From Eledone cirrhosa (lineage: Eukaryota), in NCBI GenBank assembly GCA_964016885.1, contig OZ024749.1:16740001-16804000 (forward strand): DNA of 64,000 bases. The letters run 5' to 3'. This document shows positions 1 through 15,638 of the stretch, one piece after another. Within the stretch, counting starts at the first letter, position 1, and each line of letters begins with the position of its first letter. The translations under genes and the position numbers were made by a program. A model generated the notes under the pieces. That model made no database searches. It was not told the DNA's origin and saw only the letters and a list, made by a program, of their open reading frames with translations.

Positions 1-1
1 A

Positions 2-1436
2 CCCTTCCATAAGCCTAATGAAATTCTTTCTTATGTTAACCCCAATTCTAACCACCCTAAGTCTATGATAAACTCTATAATTAAGGGCGTTTCTAATAGG
101 ATTTCCACACTATCTAAGGACATAGGAACTTTTAATGAGCATGCGGAGTACTACAATAACGCCCTAGCAAATTCAGGTCACTCTAGTAAAATAAATTATA
201 ATAATAGTAACCTTAGAAAGTCTCCGCTTACTCTTAATAATAATAACATTATATCACATAACATGGCTATGAATGTGAGTAGCAAACTTAGTAACCGTAG
301 TACTTATATAGGAGTATCTGAACCCACCCATAGGTTATCCCACCGGACTCGTAGTAACAAGAGACAAGTCGAGCCCCCTGTGCGCTCACGCATTGGTGTT
401 GATTTGGCTGGATCTTGTTCTAGTAATGTTGCTCCTACTGATCCTTTTATTGGCCTTAATCCTCTTGTAGGGACTCTGAACAACAGTGGATCTACTGGAG
501 GTAGAAAATATAATAGGCAAAATGTAATTATGGCTGATTCTATGAATGCGGCTTCAGATATTCCCGATAGTAACCCTGGTCTTGAAGGTGTGACTTTTGA
601 TAGAGGTAGGGTCGATAGGAGTAAAAATAAAAATAAAAATAGAAGGCGATTGAATACTTATTTCAACCCGCCATATAACCAGGATGTATCAACTAATATC
701 CCTAGGTCTTTCTTCACTATCCTGGAGAAAAATTTCCCCCCCTTCTCACAAATACCATGGTATTTTTAATAAAAATATTATTAAACTATCATTCTCTACC
801 ACCCCTAATGTTAGTTCTCATTTAGCTAGCACTAATAATAGGAAGATTAGGGGTGGATTCTCCTCTCTGCAGAATAATAGCCTGAATGCATCGGACAATG
901 CTTTACCACCAGAACAGTCCTTATCTAATGGAGGTCCTAGGTGCAATACATCACCACTTGAGCCAACCAATAACACCCGGAAGTGCAATTGTAGAGTGAG
1001 TGCTAACTGCCCTCTAAACGGTAACTGCCTTTCTAAAAACATAGTCTATGCTTGTGAGGTTATAACTAATTCCTCTAAAGGAACATATATAGGATCTACT
1101 TCAAACACCTTTAAGACTAGATTTAACTCTCATATCTCTAACTTCAAGCATATTAGGTTTAAGAATTCCACCTCTCTAGCGCATTATATCTGGGACCTTA
1201 AGGGAGCTTGTATACCATATAGCCTTAACTGGAGTTTAGTAGCACAATCTAACCACCTTTCTGCACATAGTAAGTTTTGTAATCTCTGTATACTTGAGAC
1301 ACACTCTATTATTTTCTCTAGCGTACCCTTACTGAATAGAAAGTCTGAGATATTTTCTTTTTGCCCCCATGCAATTTCTAATTCTTACTTTTATTATAAA
1401 CCCAAATGTTCTAGTAGTACAAATCGAACCCATTAG
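2..1436 (+). pseudogene. PLE-A RT C-terminus + GIY-YIG ORF with one frameshift in a poly-C run (~736-742)
   Basis: ORFs 65-769 and 684-1436 join at KNFPP/SHKYH. Confidence 0.85.
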
Positions 1437-3633
1437 CAGATATATTCCATTACTTAGTTCTTTGTTTAGGTTCTTTTGTTTGCCAACACTATTGTTAACA
1501 TTGGTTTTTGATGACTCTTCATTCTAGCTCTCATAATCATTTGGCCACTGTACCGTATCTATGTCTTCACTATTACACCTTGTTAGTATACATAAGATTA
1601 CACACGTTATTACTTTTATATATTCTTTTATTATCATTAACTTTAATTTTTAATTTTAACATTATTTTTATTTTTATTTTTTATTTTCAATTCTATTTAT
1701 ATTTTTATTTTTAAGTCTATTCTTATTTTTAAGTCTATTCTGATTTATCTATTAACCCCCCCCTTCTCCCCCCCCCCTGCACGCATAAACTTATTGTCAA
1801 CCCCCCTAGATTGAATATGATTATATTAAAACCCCTCCCCACTCTTTTATGCTCTGTTCTATTATTTATTGTAGTATATCGAATTTATTATAATTTATTA
1901 TAGTATATCGAATTATTATAGTATATCGAATTTATTTATAACTATAGTATATTTAATTTTTAATTTTAACATTATTTTTATTTTTATTTTTATTTTTATT
2001 TTTAATTCTATTTATATTTTTATCTCTAAGTCTATTCTGATTTATCTATTATACCCCCCCCCCCTTCTCCCCCCCCCCCCATGCACGCATAAACTTATTG
2101 GCAACCCCTCTAGATTAAATATGATTATATTAACCCCCCCCCCCACTCTTTTATGCTCTGTTCTATTATTTATTATAGTATATCGAATATATTCACTCTT
2201 TTATGCTCTGTTCTATTATTTATTATAGTATATCGAATATATTTTATGCTACTTCGCACCCTCCATATATTTCATCAATTCTGTCCCCATTAGCTTACCT
2301 TAACTTTACTTAAGTCAGTTTTTTAGATATCGTTGCGTGTATAATTTTACTCCTTTTTGTAAACATTTGTAACGATATATTAAAGTTTATATATTTTAAT
2401 GACTGAGACTATAGCTAATTTTATACTACCTTATCGGACGGGTTTGATATTTTTAATATTAATTTATCATATAGGGTTGGGAGTCATTTAAAATGATCGT
2501 TTTTCTGGGTGCTTACCAAATTTCTTAATGCACGCGGGACTTAAGTGTGTTTACATTTGCCTTGTTTTGTAATTTCCGGTTGATTGGTTTTATTTACCAC
2601 TCACTGTCTGGCTTTGCTCATCCACATATGTCTGTCTACTAACCTTGAAATTTATTTATATATTATATGCCTATTTTTAAGATATATTACATTATGATAT
2701 AGATCCTTATTACTTACCGTTTATTATATATAACATTAAGATACTTAAACTTTATATATTTTTTAATATCTTAATATTTTAATATCTTAATATTTTAATA
2801 TTTTAATATTGTAGTATGTAACATTACGGTATTTAGACTTTACATATCATGTTAGATGTCTATATATTTTTTCTGTAACAACATATTTTTTCTGTAACAT
2901 CATAATTGTTCCCTGTACCAATATAGTTTTTTTGAGTATTATTGTATTATTGTATTATATTATATGATTGATATTTCCCCATTTATTATGTAACCCAATA
3001 TGAACCATGTTGTACATATGGTAATTGTTAATATAATGTTCACTGTGACATCTATATTGTTTCTGTAAATTAACCGGAAATTATATATATTCTTATTTTA
3101 TATATATTCTACTTTATTATATTGTATTATATTATATAATTTTGTTGTTTATTATTTATTATAAGTGTTTCTTGTAATTATTGCCCCATGTATATTGGGT
3201 AGATATATTAGCATTATTTTCACTATTACCATGTTTATTTTAAATATTTTTGTGGCTTAATTTCTGTGTAATAGAAAATAGATATGTGTATTGTAGTGTG
3301 TGTGTGTGCGCGCACATATATACATGTATATATTACACCTTTTGATTTTTTATTTGGAATTTCAGTGTTGGTATAGATATATTATTATTAGAATGTATTA
3401 TACTGTGTTATATATAATTCCTGTTCTATATAACCAAATTTGTTTAGATTTAAGTTGGTGACTTTGGACCATATTTGTAATATGGTTCTTAATGTCATCT
3501 ACATCCTTAGTTATTATAGTTTTATCCTCATTTTTATTATCGTATATCCTTGTAAGACATTAGTATATGTAAACCCCATATTCTTCAGAGTTTCTGGCTT
3601 GTATCTGCCGAAATTACTTCTTGTTGTTTGATT

Positions 3634-3671
3634 GCCCTGATGAGTCCTTAATAGGACGAAACATTGTCGGC
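3634..3671 (+). ncRNA. Minimal type I hammerhead ribozyme (PLE-A)
   Basis: gcc CTGATGA gtcct-taat-aggac GAAA ca-t-tg TC ggc: canonical core, stems I-III, GUC site. Confidence 0.9.
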
Positions 3672-3900
3672 TAATAAAAACTTTTGATGTATTAAAGGAT
3701 TCTTTGTTTTACTCTCTTAATTTTTCGGCTCTGTTTAACTGCATTGAGCTATACCTTTTACTGTCATTTCTATAATACGAAGAGGGTGTTTGACTCAAAC
3801 ACGCTCCAGTATTCTAATCCTTATATATATATACATATATATATACATATATATACATATATGTATATATATATATGTCCTACACGAGTGAAAGTATAAA

Positions 3901-4134
3901 GAAAAAAAGATGAAATCGAAAATACAACTGGAGTCTTATTTTAAAATAAAAAATATATATTTATTTGGCTCCTTTACCGGTTTCGGAGTTCTTCTGTGAA
4001 AAAACCCACAGACCCTCCATCTCAACTGTACTTTTGAAAAGCAGAAGAACTGCGAAACCGGTAAAGAAACCAAATAAATATATATATTTAAAAGAAAAAT
4101 AAGACTCCAGTTGCATTTTCGAGTTCATCGTTTT

Positions 4135-4137
<3 letters not shown>
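3901..4137. repeat. Imperfect ~96-bp fold-back of an HHR-bearing pLTR-like fragment between (TA)n tracts
   Basis: 3901-3996 is the approximate reverse complement of 4042-4137. Confidence 0.8.
4031..4066 (+). ncRNA. Type I hammerhead with U3-A8 variant core
   Basis: ctt TTGAAAA gcag-aagaa-ctgc GAAA ccgg TA aag; palindromic stem III. Confidence 0.7.
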
Positions 4138-4199
<62 letters not shown>

Positions 4200-4206
<7 letters not shown>

Positions 4207-6700
4207 ATACTTTGGGAGGGTCATGTTGCCAATAAGAAACACACGCACCAGTTGCTTTCACTTCAATTTATTATAATAAATTTAGGAATTTATAAATTTT
4301 TGGTTGGTTGGTTGGTTCCACAACCAAATAGTTGTTTATATATTATCAAAGTTACTTCGTCACACATTCTGTGACCTCTTCAGTGACTGGGGATTCTTTT
4401 CTTTGTTTTTGTGCTTCTACTTTGTTCTGTCCTACGCCATTTTGTTTCTGTGTGTGTGTTGTGTGCTCAGTCTGCGCATGTGCCACATCCGGGTGTCTGT
4501 GTGTGTTTATATTCGTTTATTTATTTGTTTATTTACATGTTACAGGTTGGTTGTTTGTTCTATGTGCGTGTGTGTTTTCATTTTGTCCTTAATTGTAAGT
4601 TGTGATGTTGCTGTTCCACTCATATTTTCTATTTAATTTTGGTTGTAATTCTTTTATGTTTATTGCCTCTGTGATTTGTCTAAACATTGCGTCTTTTCTG
4701 TGTGTAGATTCTATTTTTATTTCTATGTTCTCTAATTTACCCTTATGTTCTATTTTAGCATGTTGGTAGATTACAGATGATTCTTTACTATCTTGAAGGT
4801 CTCGCCAGTGTTCATTTATCCGTTCCCCTACACTACGAGCTGTCTCACCTATGTACACTATATTTTTGTCTCTACATTGTCCTTCAGTACATCTTATGCT
4901 ATATACTACATTTCTAGTTTTACAGGTTATACATTTCTTATCTATACAGGGGGTCTTTGAAAAGGGTATGTCTTGCTAATAAGTGTTTTTACGGAGGTAC
5001 CTGGTCTTTCTACTATCTTAATATTGAGTTTATGTTTGTCTAGGGCCCTTCTAAATTTGTAAGCTAATTCACCTCTAGGGGTTGTATCGATGAACATTAC
5101 ACTATGGTATTTATTGCTATCATACCATGAGTTTATTCTATTAGCCCTATTCCTAGTTCTTTCTATTCTATTCCAAAATTTGCTCCTATACAAGGAGCAG
5201 GTCCCATTTGTGTCATTATTTACCATTTTTTCCCATTTGGTTCTGGCTCCTCTATATACTCTGATTTTATCTCTCTGATTGTAACCAGAGAACTGCATAC
5301 GGTGGATGAAGTATTGTATGTGTCTCTCTAGTTCTTCGGGGTTGCACATGCGGGACACGTTTCTCATCACCCGTACCAAATCCGCAATCAGTATGTTGAT
5401 TTTGGTATGGTCCGAAACAGCTGAGTTTCGGTGCATCAGATGTTTGGAAGTCATAGGTTTGGCATAATGGGAATGGAGGATTTGTTTTTTGTTATTAATG
5501 GTATCTAACCAGAGCTCTGTGTCTATTACAGGTAATCGATGGTTGGGGTGTTTACCTGGGTAGTCTATAGTAACTCTAATACTCTGGTGGATGGGGTTAG
5601 CTATTTACTGGCTGCTTTCCATTGTGTTTTTCTCTAATTCCTGACTGTTCTCTAGTGGGGGTGTTTTAACTACGATGTTTATATCATCAACGTAGCGGGA
5701 GTACATTATCAGGGTTAAAGGGTCTTCTAATTGTTCTTTAAGTTTTAGTTTAAGTCTACTGTCCCACTATACCATGAATAAGTTAGCTATATCGCCTGCA
5801 ATGCTAACACCAATGGCTGCTCCTTCCTCTTGGGCATATGTTTTTCCATTAAATTTGAACATCTGTTCCTTAAGGGTTAGTTTTATGCTGGCCCCTACCG
5901 CATGTGCAATCATTTTCTTCAGTTCATCGTGATTTTCGGGTGTAGTTTGGCAGGCTGTCAACCGACATTCTGCCAGACTTGTCTGTTGGAAAGCATGCTA
6001 TCTCTCCATTACGCGAGCGCTGCATGAGCTTACGCAAGCCATTTGCAGTTTTTTCTCCCAGTTGCTGGGCCTCCATTCTATTATGCTTCTTGCTATACTG
6101 TTCTATAATATTTCTAAGTTCGGATCTAGCTATACTAAATTGTGCTTCTGTTTGTTCATCGACCTGCGACGGCAATTGCGTGCGTTTGTTAAATGGTTAA
6201 GTCGTGGCGTGGACTCGTCGCAGGTCGAACGACTTATCAGAGGGATTATAAAAAGTAGAGTTCCAGGCTGCTGCTTTATGTGTACTAGTGCTATTGTTAT
6301 TGTTAGTTGTGTTGTTTCTATTTCTATTTCCACCAACAGCCTCATGGTTGTTCCTATGTCTCTCATTATTACTCCTGTCTCTTTCCACTGGCTCATTGTT
6401 ATTATCTACTCTATTTTGTGTCTGTGTGTTCGTCTTGGTTATTTTCTTTGTCCATAGTCTCCCTTCTCCTTTTAATCCTATTACCTTCCCTTATTTCTGT
6501 GCTACTGTCATTACTTGTTTTCTGTGTCTGTGTGTTTGTTAAGATTGTGGTGGTGGTGAGAGGCATTGAATGTGTGTGTGTGTTGTTGTTGTTGTTGTTG
6601 TGTGCTGTTGTTGATGTGTGTTGTTGTTGTTGTCTCCGTGTGTGTTATTGTTGTGTGTGTTGTTATTGTTGTTTGTGTCAGCGTGTCTGTTGTTGTTTCT
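4200..6700 (-). mobile_element. PLE family C, degraded copy with N-terminal region, internal deletion (~5939) and degenerate HHR (4345-4388)
   Basis: ORF pieces 5924-6175 (TDKSG), 5767-5961, 4942-5454, 4589-4858 (YIGET); 4200-5938 is inverted relative to ~7135-8890. Confidence 0.85.
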
Positions 6701-6704
6701 GCTA

Positions 6705-8509
6705 GTAACTACAGACTGTCCTACTTCCTCTCCCTGATCATACGCCCCATCATTGAAATGTCCCCAGATGTATGTAACAGCACGGAGGACCTCCTCAGCA
6801 GAATCGGCGGGGGTAACCGATCTGGGGACCTAACAAACTGCATAATAGGCAGTATGGATGTTGTGTCCCTGTATCCATCTATTGATGTGGATTTTGCTGT
6901 GGAGAAATGCGTAGAAATGATCAGTGAGAGCAAGGTTGAGTTCCGTGGGATTGATACCAGTGAGCTGGGACTCCTACTTAAGCTTACCTATAGTAATAAT
7001 TACCTAGACACATATGACCTTAGCAACCTGTGCCCTACAAGACCAGCAAGAGGCAGACCACCTACCATTACCTCAATGGCCAAGAAAACCCACACAGATA
7101 GATGGAATGGGTGGACCAGAGCCATGCGGACACACGAAAACCACGATGAACTGAAGAAAATGATTGCACATGCGGTAGGGGCCAGCATAAAACTAACCCT
7201 TAAGGAACATATGTTCAAATTTAATGGAAAAACATATGCCCAAGAGGAAGAAGCAGCCATTGGTGTTAGCATTGCAGGCGATATAGCTAACTTATTCATG
7301 GTATGGTGGGACAGTAGACTTAAACTTAAACTTAAAGAACAATTAGAAGACCCCTTAACCCTGATAATGTACTCCCGCTACGTAGATGATATAAACATCG
7401 TAGTTAAGACACCCCCACTAGAGAACAGTCAGGAACTAGAGAAAAACACAATGGAAAGCATCCAGCAAATAGCAAACTCCATCCACCAGAGCATTAGAGT
7501 TACTATAGACTACCCAAGTAAACACCCCAACCATCGATTACCTGTACTAGACACAGAGCTCTGGTTAGATACCATTAACAACAAAAAACAAATCCTCCAT
7601 TCCCATTATGCCAAACCCATGACTTCCAAACATCTGATCCACCGAAACACGGCCATTTCGGACCATACCAAAATCAACATACTGATTGCGGATTTGGTAC
7701 GGGTGATGAGAAATGTGTCCCGCATGTGCAACCCCAAAGAACTAGAGAGACACATACAATACTTCATCCACCGTATGCAGTTCTCTGGTTACAATCAGAG
7801 AGATAAAATCAGAGTGTATAGAGGAGCCAGAACCAAATGGGAAAAAATGGTAAATAATGACATAAATGGGACCTGCCCCTTGTATAGGAGCAAATTTTGG
7901 AATAGAATAGAAAGAACTAGGAACAAAGCTAATAGAATAAACTCATGGTATGATAGCAATAAATACCAGAGTGTAATGTTCATCGATACAACCCCTAGAG
8001 GTGAATTAGCTTACAAATTTAGAAGGGCCCTAAATAAACATAAACTCAATATTAAGATAGTAGAAAGACCAGGTACCTCCGTAAAAACACTTATTAGCAA
8101 GACATATCCTTTTCAAAGACCCTCATGTATAGATAAGAAATGTATAACCTGTAAAATAAGCCCCCATATTAACTGTAAAACTAGAAATGTAGTGTATAGC
8201 ATAAGATGTACTGAATGACAATGTAGAAACAAAAATATAGTGTACATAGGTGAGACAGCTCGTAGTGTAGGGGAACGGATAAATGAACACTGGCGAGACC
8301 TTCAAGATAATAAAGAATCATCTGTACTCTACCAACATGCTAAAATAGAACACAAGGGTAAATTAGAGAACATAGAAATAAAAATAGAATCTACACACAG
8401 AAAAGACGCAATGTTTAGACAAATTACAGAGGCAATAAACATAAAAGAATTACAACCAAAATTAAATAGAAAATATGAGTGGAACAGCAACATCACAACT
8501 TACAATTAA
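6705..8509 (+). pseudogene. PLE-C RT + GIY-YIG ORF with a GGA>TGA stop at 8216-8218
   Basis: ORFs 6566-8218 and 8240-8509 are in the same frame; the sister copy has Gly. Confidence 0.88.
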
Positions 8510-8709
8510 GGACAAAATGAAAACACACACACACATAGAACAAACAATCAACCAGTAACATGTAAATAAACAAATAAATAAATGAACATAAACACACACA
8601 GACACCCGGATGTGGCGCATGCGCAGACTGAGCACACAACACACACACAGAAACAAAATGGCGTAGGACAGAACAAAGATGAGGCACAGAAACAAAAAAA
8701 GGAATCCCC

Positions 8710-8754
8710 AGTCACTGAAGAGGTCACAGAGTGTGTGACGAAAGAACTATGACT
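8710..8754 (+). ncRNA. Minimal type I hammerhead (PLE-C)
   Basis: agtca CTGAAGA g-gtcaca-gagtg-tgtgac GAAA g-aa-c TA tgact. Confidence 0.8.
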
Positions 8755-8960
8755 ATATATAAACAACTATCTGCTTGTGGAACCAACCATGCAACCAGAA
8801 ATTTTTAAATTTATAAATTTATAAATATATAATAAATTGAAGTGAAAGCAACTGGTGCGTGTGTTTCTTATTGGCAACATGACCCTGCCAAAGTATAACA
8901 ATATCCGTTTCAACACACAATTTCAGATAAAGAATCTTGCTAAACAAATTCAGAAACGAA

Positions 8961-9847
<887 letters not shown>

Positions 9848-11102
9848 ACTGATGTTATCTACCTTGATTTCAGCAAGGCCTTTGACAGGGTTGATCATAA
9901 CATTCTACTGAGAAAGCTGTCCAATATTGGTGTCACTGGAAAGCTGCTGCAGTGGATGAAGAGCTTCCTGTCAAACAGAACCCAACATGTTGTAAGTTGA
10001 GGGAGTCAAATCAAGCCCAGCCAAAGTCAGTAGTGGAGTCCCACAAGGCACTGTGTTGGGCCCACTTCTCTTCATCATCTATATTAATGACATCACTGAC
10101 ATCATCAAACACAGCAACATTAAAATTTTCGCTCATGATTCCAAGCTCCAAAAGGTCATCAATGGCGTGGATGACCGGATAAGCCTTCAGTCAGACCTAC
10201 TGGCTGTTACCCCAATGGGCTGAAAAGAACAACATGTTACTGAACGAAGACAAATTCGAACTGATCCACTTTGGAAAAGAGGATGCTCTGAAACTCCCGT
10301 ACTCCTTCCCTCCGGGGAAACTCTCGTGGCATCTAACAACATCAGAGACTTAGGAGTAACCGTGGACAGCAACATAAGCTGGACCACGCATATAAGCAGC
10401 AAAGTTGACATGGCCCGCAGAATGTGTTCCTGGATCCTCAGAACCTTCCAGTCGAGAGATTCCCGCACCATTATCCTTCTCTTCTCTACTTTCGCCCGAC
10501 CACACCTTGAATACTGTTGTCCACTGTGGTCTCCCCACACGAAACAAAGTATCATGAAACTTGAAGCTCCTCAAAGGGCAATCACGAAAAAGATAGATGG
10601 CATGTCAGACCTTGACTACTGGGTTCGATTGGAAAACCTGAAACTTTACTCACTCCAACGTCGCCGTGAGCGTTATATTATCTGCATGATGTGGAAAATG
10701 TTCCATCATCACTGCCCAAATGATGTTGGCATCGCCTTCAAGATACACCCAAGGCTTGGGCCCCGTGCTATCCGTCCCATTCAAAAATCTAAATCGCAAC
10801 TCATAACAACAATACGGCACAATTATTTCACCTCAATCGGCCCTGCTCTCTTCAACATCACACCAGGACACGTCAAAACAGAAACTGACCACACAAAATT
10901 CAAGAAGTCTTTGGACAAATTCCTCCAAGTAATCCCGGACAAACCACCCACACCCTGATATGTCTCCGCAAACAGTAATTCTCTTCTCGAATGGGCCATG
11001 GTGGCCAAATCCTGAATTGAAAGACTTCGCCAGGTGGTGCTATTAAGTTAGACATGGCCTGGGCCAATACTGGCCAAAACATTTCAAAGTTATTCAAAGT
11101 TA
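9848..11102 (+). mobile_element. CR1/L2-group LINE, 5'-truncated copy 1 (frameshifted)
   Basis: [24 protein letters not shown]; ends TTCAAAGTTA then (TA)n. Confidence 0.9.
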
Positions 11103-11114
11103 CATATATATACA

Positions 11115-11154
<40 letters not shown>

Positions 11155-11157
11155 TAC

Positions 11158-11244
<87 letters not shown>

Positions 11245-11378
11245 TATATACATATATACATTATATATACATATATATATATATACATATATATATACAT
11301 ATATATATACATATATATATACATATATATATACATATATATATATATATGCATATATATATATATACATATATATAC

Positions 11379-11518
<140 letters not shown>

Positions 11519-11549
11519 GCATATATATATGTATATATATATATATATG

Positions 11550-11683
<134 letters not shown>

Positions 11684-11695
11684 CATATATATATG

Positions 11696-11770
<75 letters not shown>

Positions 11771-11778
11771 GTATATAT

Positions 11779-11920
11779 AATGGCAACATTGAGGACCGAG
11801 TAAGTTAGATCGCAGATATATATATATAAAAGACAGCGAGAAGCGAAAACCAACCAAACAGTGAGTGTGTTCTGTTATTAATTCTGGCAATATTACGCAA
11901 ATATGACCCTCCCCAAATAT

Positions 11921-11924
<4 letters not shown>
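11779..11924 (+). mobile_element. Solo 3'-terminal fragment of PLE family C2 inside (TA)n
   Basis: Near-identical to 39485-39623. Confidence 0.8.
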
Positions 11925-12003
<79 letters not shown>

Positions 12004-12036
12004 AATATACATATATATACATGTATACATATATAT

Positions 12037-13764
12037 GATCTGGGCTGTATCGGCGATGTTACTCCCCATTACACCTTATCGGACATAACGTTTGGCGCCC
12101 CTGATGTCTTAGCGGCAATAAAGGAAATCAAGCATAATTCAGCAGTAGGTCCCGATAGGTTTCCTGCTTGTGTCTTGAAGGCATGTCAACACCAACTTGC
12201 ATCTCCTCTTGCCAATCTGTGGCGGAACTCACTGAATGCTGGATATGTGCCAGAAAACCTTCTATCCCAGTCTGTTGTCCCAGTTTTCAAAAAAGGAAAC
12301 AAATCCCTTGCCGTGAATTACCGTCCAATCTCACTCACCTCTCATATCATTAAGGCATTTGAGAGAGTGGTGAGATCGCGAATGACTCACTTCCTTGAGA
12401 GTAACAATATGCTGAACTCCAACCAGCATGGATTCCGTAATGGAAGGGATTGCCTGACGCAGCTACTGCATCACTTTGATGACATTTTGAGAGCCTTGGG
12501 AGAGGGTTCCAACACTGATGTTATCTACCTTGATTTCAGCAAGGCCTTTGACAGGGTTGATCACAACATTCTACTGAGAAAGCTGTTCAATATTGGTGTC
12601 AATGGAAAGCTGCTGCAGTGGATCAAGAGCTTCCTGTCAAACAGAACCCAACATGTTGTAGTCGAAGGCGTCAAATCCAGCCTAGCCAAAGTCAGTAGTG
12701 GGGTCCCACAAGGCACTGTGTTGGGCCCACTTCTCTTCATCATCTATATTAATGACATCACTGACATCATCAAACACAGCAACATTAGAATTTTCGCTGA
12801 TGATTCCAAGCTCCAAAAGGTCATCGATGGCGTGGATGACCGGATAAGCCTTCAGTCAGACCTACTGGCTGTTACCCAATGGGCGGAAAAGAACAACATG
12901 TTACTGAACGAAGACAAATTCGAACTGATCCACTTTCGAAAAGAGGATGCTCTGAAACTCCCGTACTCCTTTCCCTCCGGTGAAACTCTCGTGGCATCTA
13001 ACAACATCAGAGACTTGGGAGTAACCGTGGACAGCAACATAAGCTGGGCGACGCATATAAGCAGCAAAGTTGACATGGCCCGCAGAATGTGTTCCTGGAT
13101 CCTCAGAACCTTCCAGTCGAGAGATTCCCACACCATTATCCTTCTCTTCTCTACTTTTGCCCGACCACACCTTGAATACTGTTGTCCACTGTGGTCTCCC
13201 CACACGAAACAAAGTATCATGAAACTTGAAGCTCCCCAAAGGGCAATCACGAAAAAGATAGATGGCATGTCAGACCTTGACTACTGGGGTCGACTAGAAA
13301 AGCTGAAACTTTGCTCACTCCAACGTCGCCGTGAGCGTTATATTATCTGCATGATGTGGAAAATGTTTCATCATCACTGCCCAAATGATGTTGGCATCAC
13401 CTTCAAATTACACCCAAGGCTTGGGCCCCGTGCTATCCGTCCCAAACAAAAATCTAAATCGCAACTCATAACAACAATACGGCACAATTATTACACCTCA
13501 ATTGGCCCTGCTCTCTTCAACATCACACCAGGACACGTCAAAACAGAAACTGACCACACAAAATTCAAGAAGTCTTTGGACAAATTCCTCCAAGTAATCC
13601 CGGACAAACCACCCACACCCGGATATGTCTCCGCAAACAGTAATTCTCTTCTCGAATGGGCCATGGTGCCCAAATCCTGAATTGAAAAACTTCGCCAGGT
13701 GGTGCTATTAAGTTAGACATGGCTTGGGCCAATACTGGCCAAAATATTTCAAAGTTATTCAAAG

Positions 13765-13767
<3 letters not shown>
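12037..13767 (+). mobile_element. CR1/L2-group LINE, 5'-truncated copy 2 with open RT frame to 13680
   Basis: [25 protein letters not shown]; (TA)n on both sides. Confidence 0.93.
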
Positions 13768-13855
<88 letters not shown>

Positions 13856-13863
13856 TGTATATA

Positions 13864-13923
<60 letters not shown>

Positions 13924-13968
13924 TAAACAAATAATGAATAAACAATTCCTTATATTAAACAAAAAAAG

Positions 13969-14123
13969 TTCATTATTTAACGATCGTTTCTAGGGTATAT
14001 ATGTGTTATAATTGGTATGCATATTCAACAGATCTATGTACAAAATTATACAAGATCATACAAATTATCAAGATTAAATATACATACCAAACACATATAT
14101 ACGCCGTCTTCAGAAATAATGAA
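13969..14123 (-). ncRNA. Type I hammerhead with ~115-nt stem II (PLE-B 3' end)
   Basis: ttcattattt CTGAAGA ...long hairpin... GAAA cgatcg TT aaataatgaa. Confidence 0.8.
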
Positions 14124-14953
14124 GTATATTTATTGATAATAACAACAATTCAAAATTTCAGTTCAAAATTGACCAATGAAAACACAAAGGGTTAAAAGCA
14201 GTTCGGTGTGTGTATATACATGTAAAATCCTTACACATATTTTACAAAAATGTATGTATAACTTGTATACGCATACTAAAAAGATGGATGCAAACACAAA
14301 ATTTCAAGGTTAAAATCTCTGTAAGCTTAAAATGCGCTGATAAGATGCGCATTGATACTTATGGAGTCAAGCATATAAATATATTTTTTCATACTCACAC
14401 ATATCAGTACAATCACACATACACGCGCGTATATGCATAAATATACACATAACCACGAACATACAAACACACACACACCCCCACTCACATTTATATATGT
14501 GGATATAAAATCATAAGCACATGGATATTAAATCACTCACATAAAACACTGGCACACACATTTCAAGATCAAGATACAGAAATTAGGTGGGAGGGGGGGG
14601 GGGAGGGGTCAGTATTCAATTGTCTGAGCAGACTGCCTAATATAAATGTATCTATAAATTAAGAAAAATAAAATAAAAATAAAAAAATAAAACAATAAAA
14701 TATAATAAATATAATATAATATACATACACATACAGATATATACACATACATACATGTACGCGCACATAGAAATATTTACGCATACACACATACACACAT
14801 ACATATACAGTCATACACACACATACACTTACACGAACATACACATACACATATATAAAGATATATATATACACACACACACACACGCAACACATACACA
14901 CATACACATATATATAGAAAATAAATAATAAAGATATATATCCATATATATAT

Positions 14954-15000
<47 letters not shown>

Positions 15001-15079
15001 CATACACATACATCTAAATATACATACACATACATACACACATACATGTACATACATGTACATACATATACGCACATCG

Positions 15080-15132
<53 letters not shown>

Positions 15133-15433
15133 TAGACATATAGATACATACACACACAACTTACATACACACATATATATATATATAGATGTACATTCAT
15201 ACATAGAATTAGATATATAATCATACATACATATGCACCTACTTATACTCATATATATAAATACATACGCTTCCATATATGCGTATATATAAAAAACACT
15301 ACAACCTCACCTAACTCAGACATACAAATAAAAATAATAATAAAAAGGCATATGTATATACATACACACACGCATTAATAGAGATATATATATATACACA
15401 CATACATACACATATATATATATACATATATAT

Positions 15434-15476
<43 letters not shown>

Positions 15477-15593
15477 TACACTCATACATATATATATATA
15501 TATATATATAAACATATATATCCACACACTCATACCAACATAAATACACATACAAACACCCACATATATATATATATATATATATATACACAC

Positions 15594-15638
<45 letters not shown>

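Larger units (their letters stand above)
1..3822 (+). mobile_element. Penelope-like retroelement family A, copy 1 (5' part outside the window): RT thumb/linker/GIY-YIG, ~2.2 kb AT-rich 3' UTR with HHR, ends at (TA)n
   Basis: Translation gives HKPN..SNHPKS, YFNPPY, CNCR..CPLNGNC..NIVY..YIGST..FKTRF..H; homologous to 42800-45597. Confidence 0.9.
6705..8960 (+). mobile_element. PLE family C, 5'-truncated copy
   Basis: RT motifs SMDVVSLYPSI, IGVSIAG, RYVDD; GIY-YIG NVVY..YIGETAR; 3' UTR with HHR. Confidence 0.92.

Noticed and set aside
8216-8218. In-frame TGA near cysteines in PLE-C as selenocysteine
   Set aside because: The sister copy has GGA and family C2 also has Gly, so this is an ordinary nonsense change.
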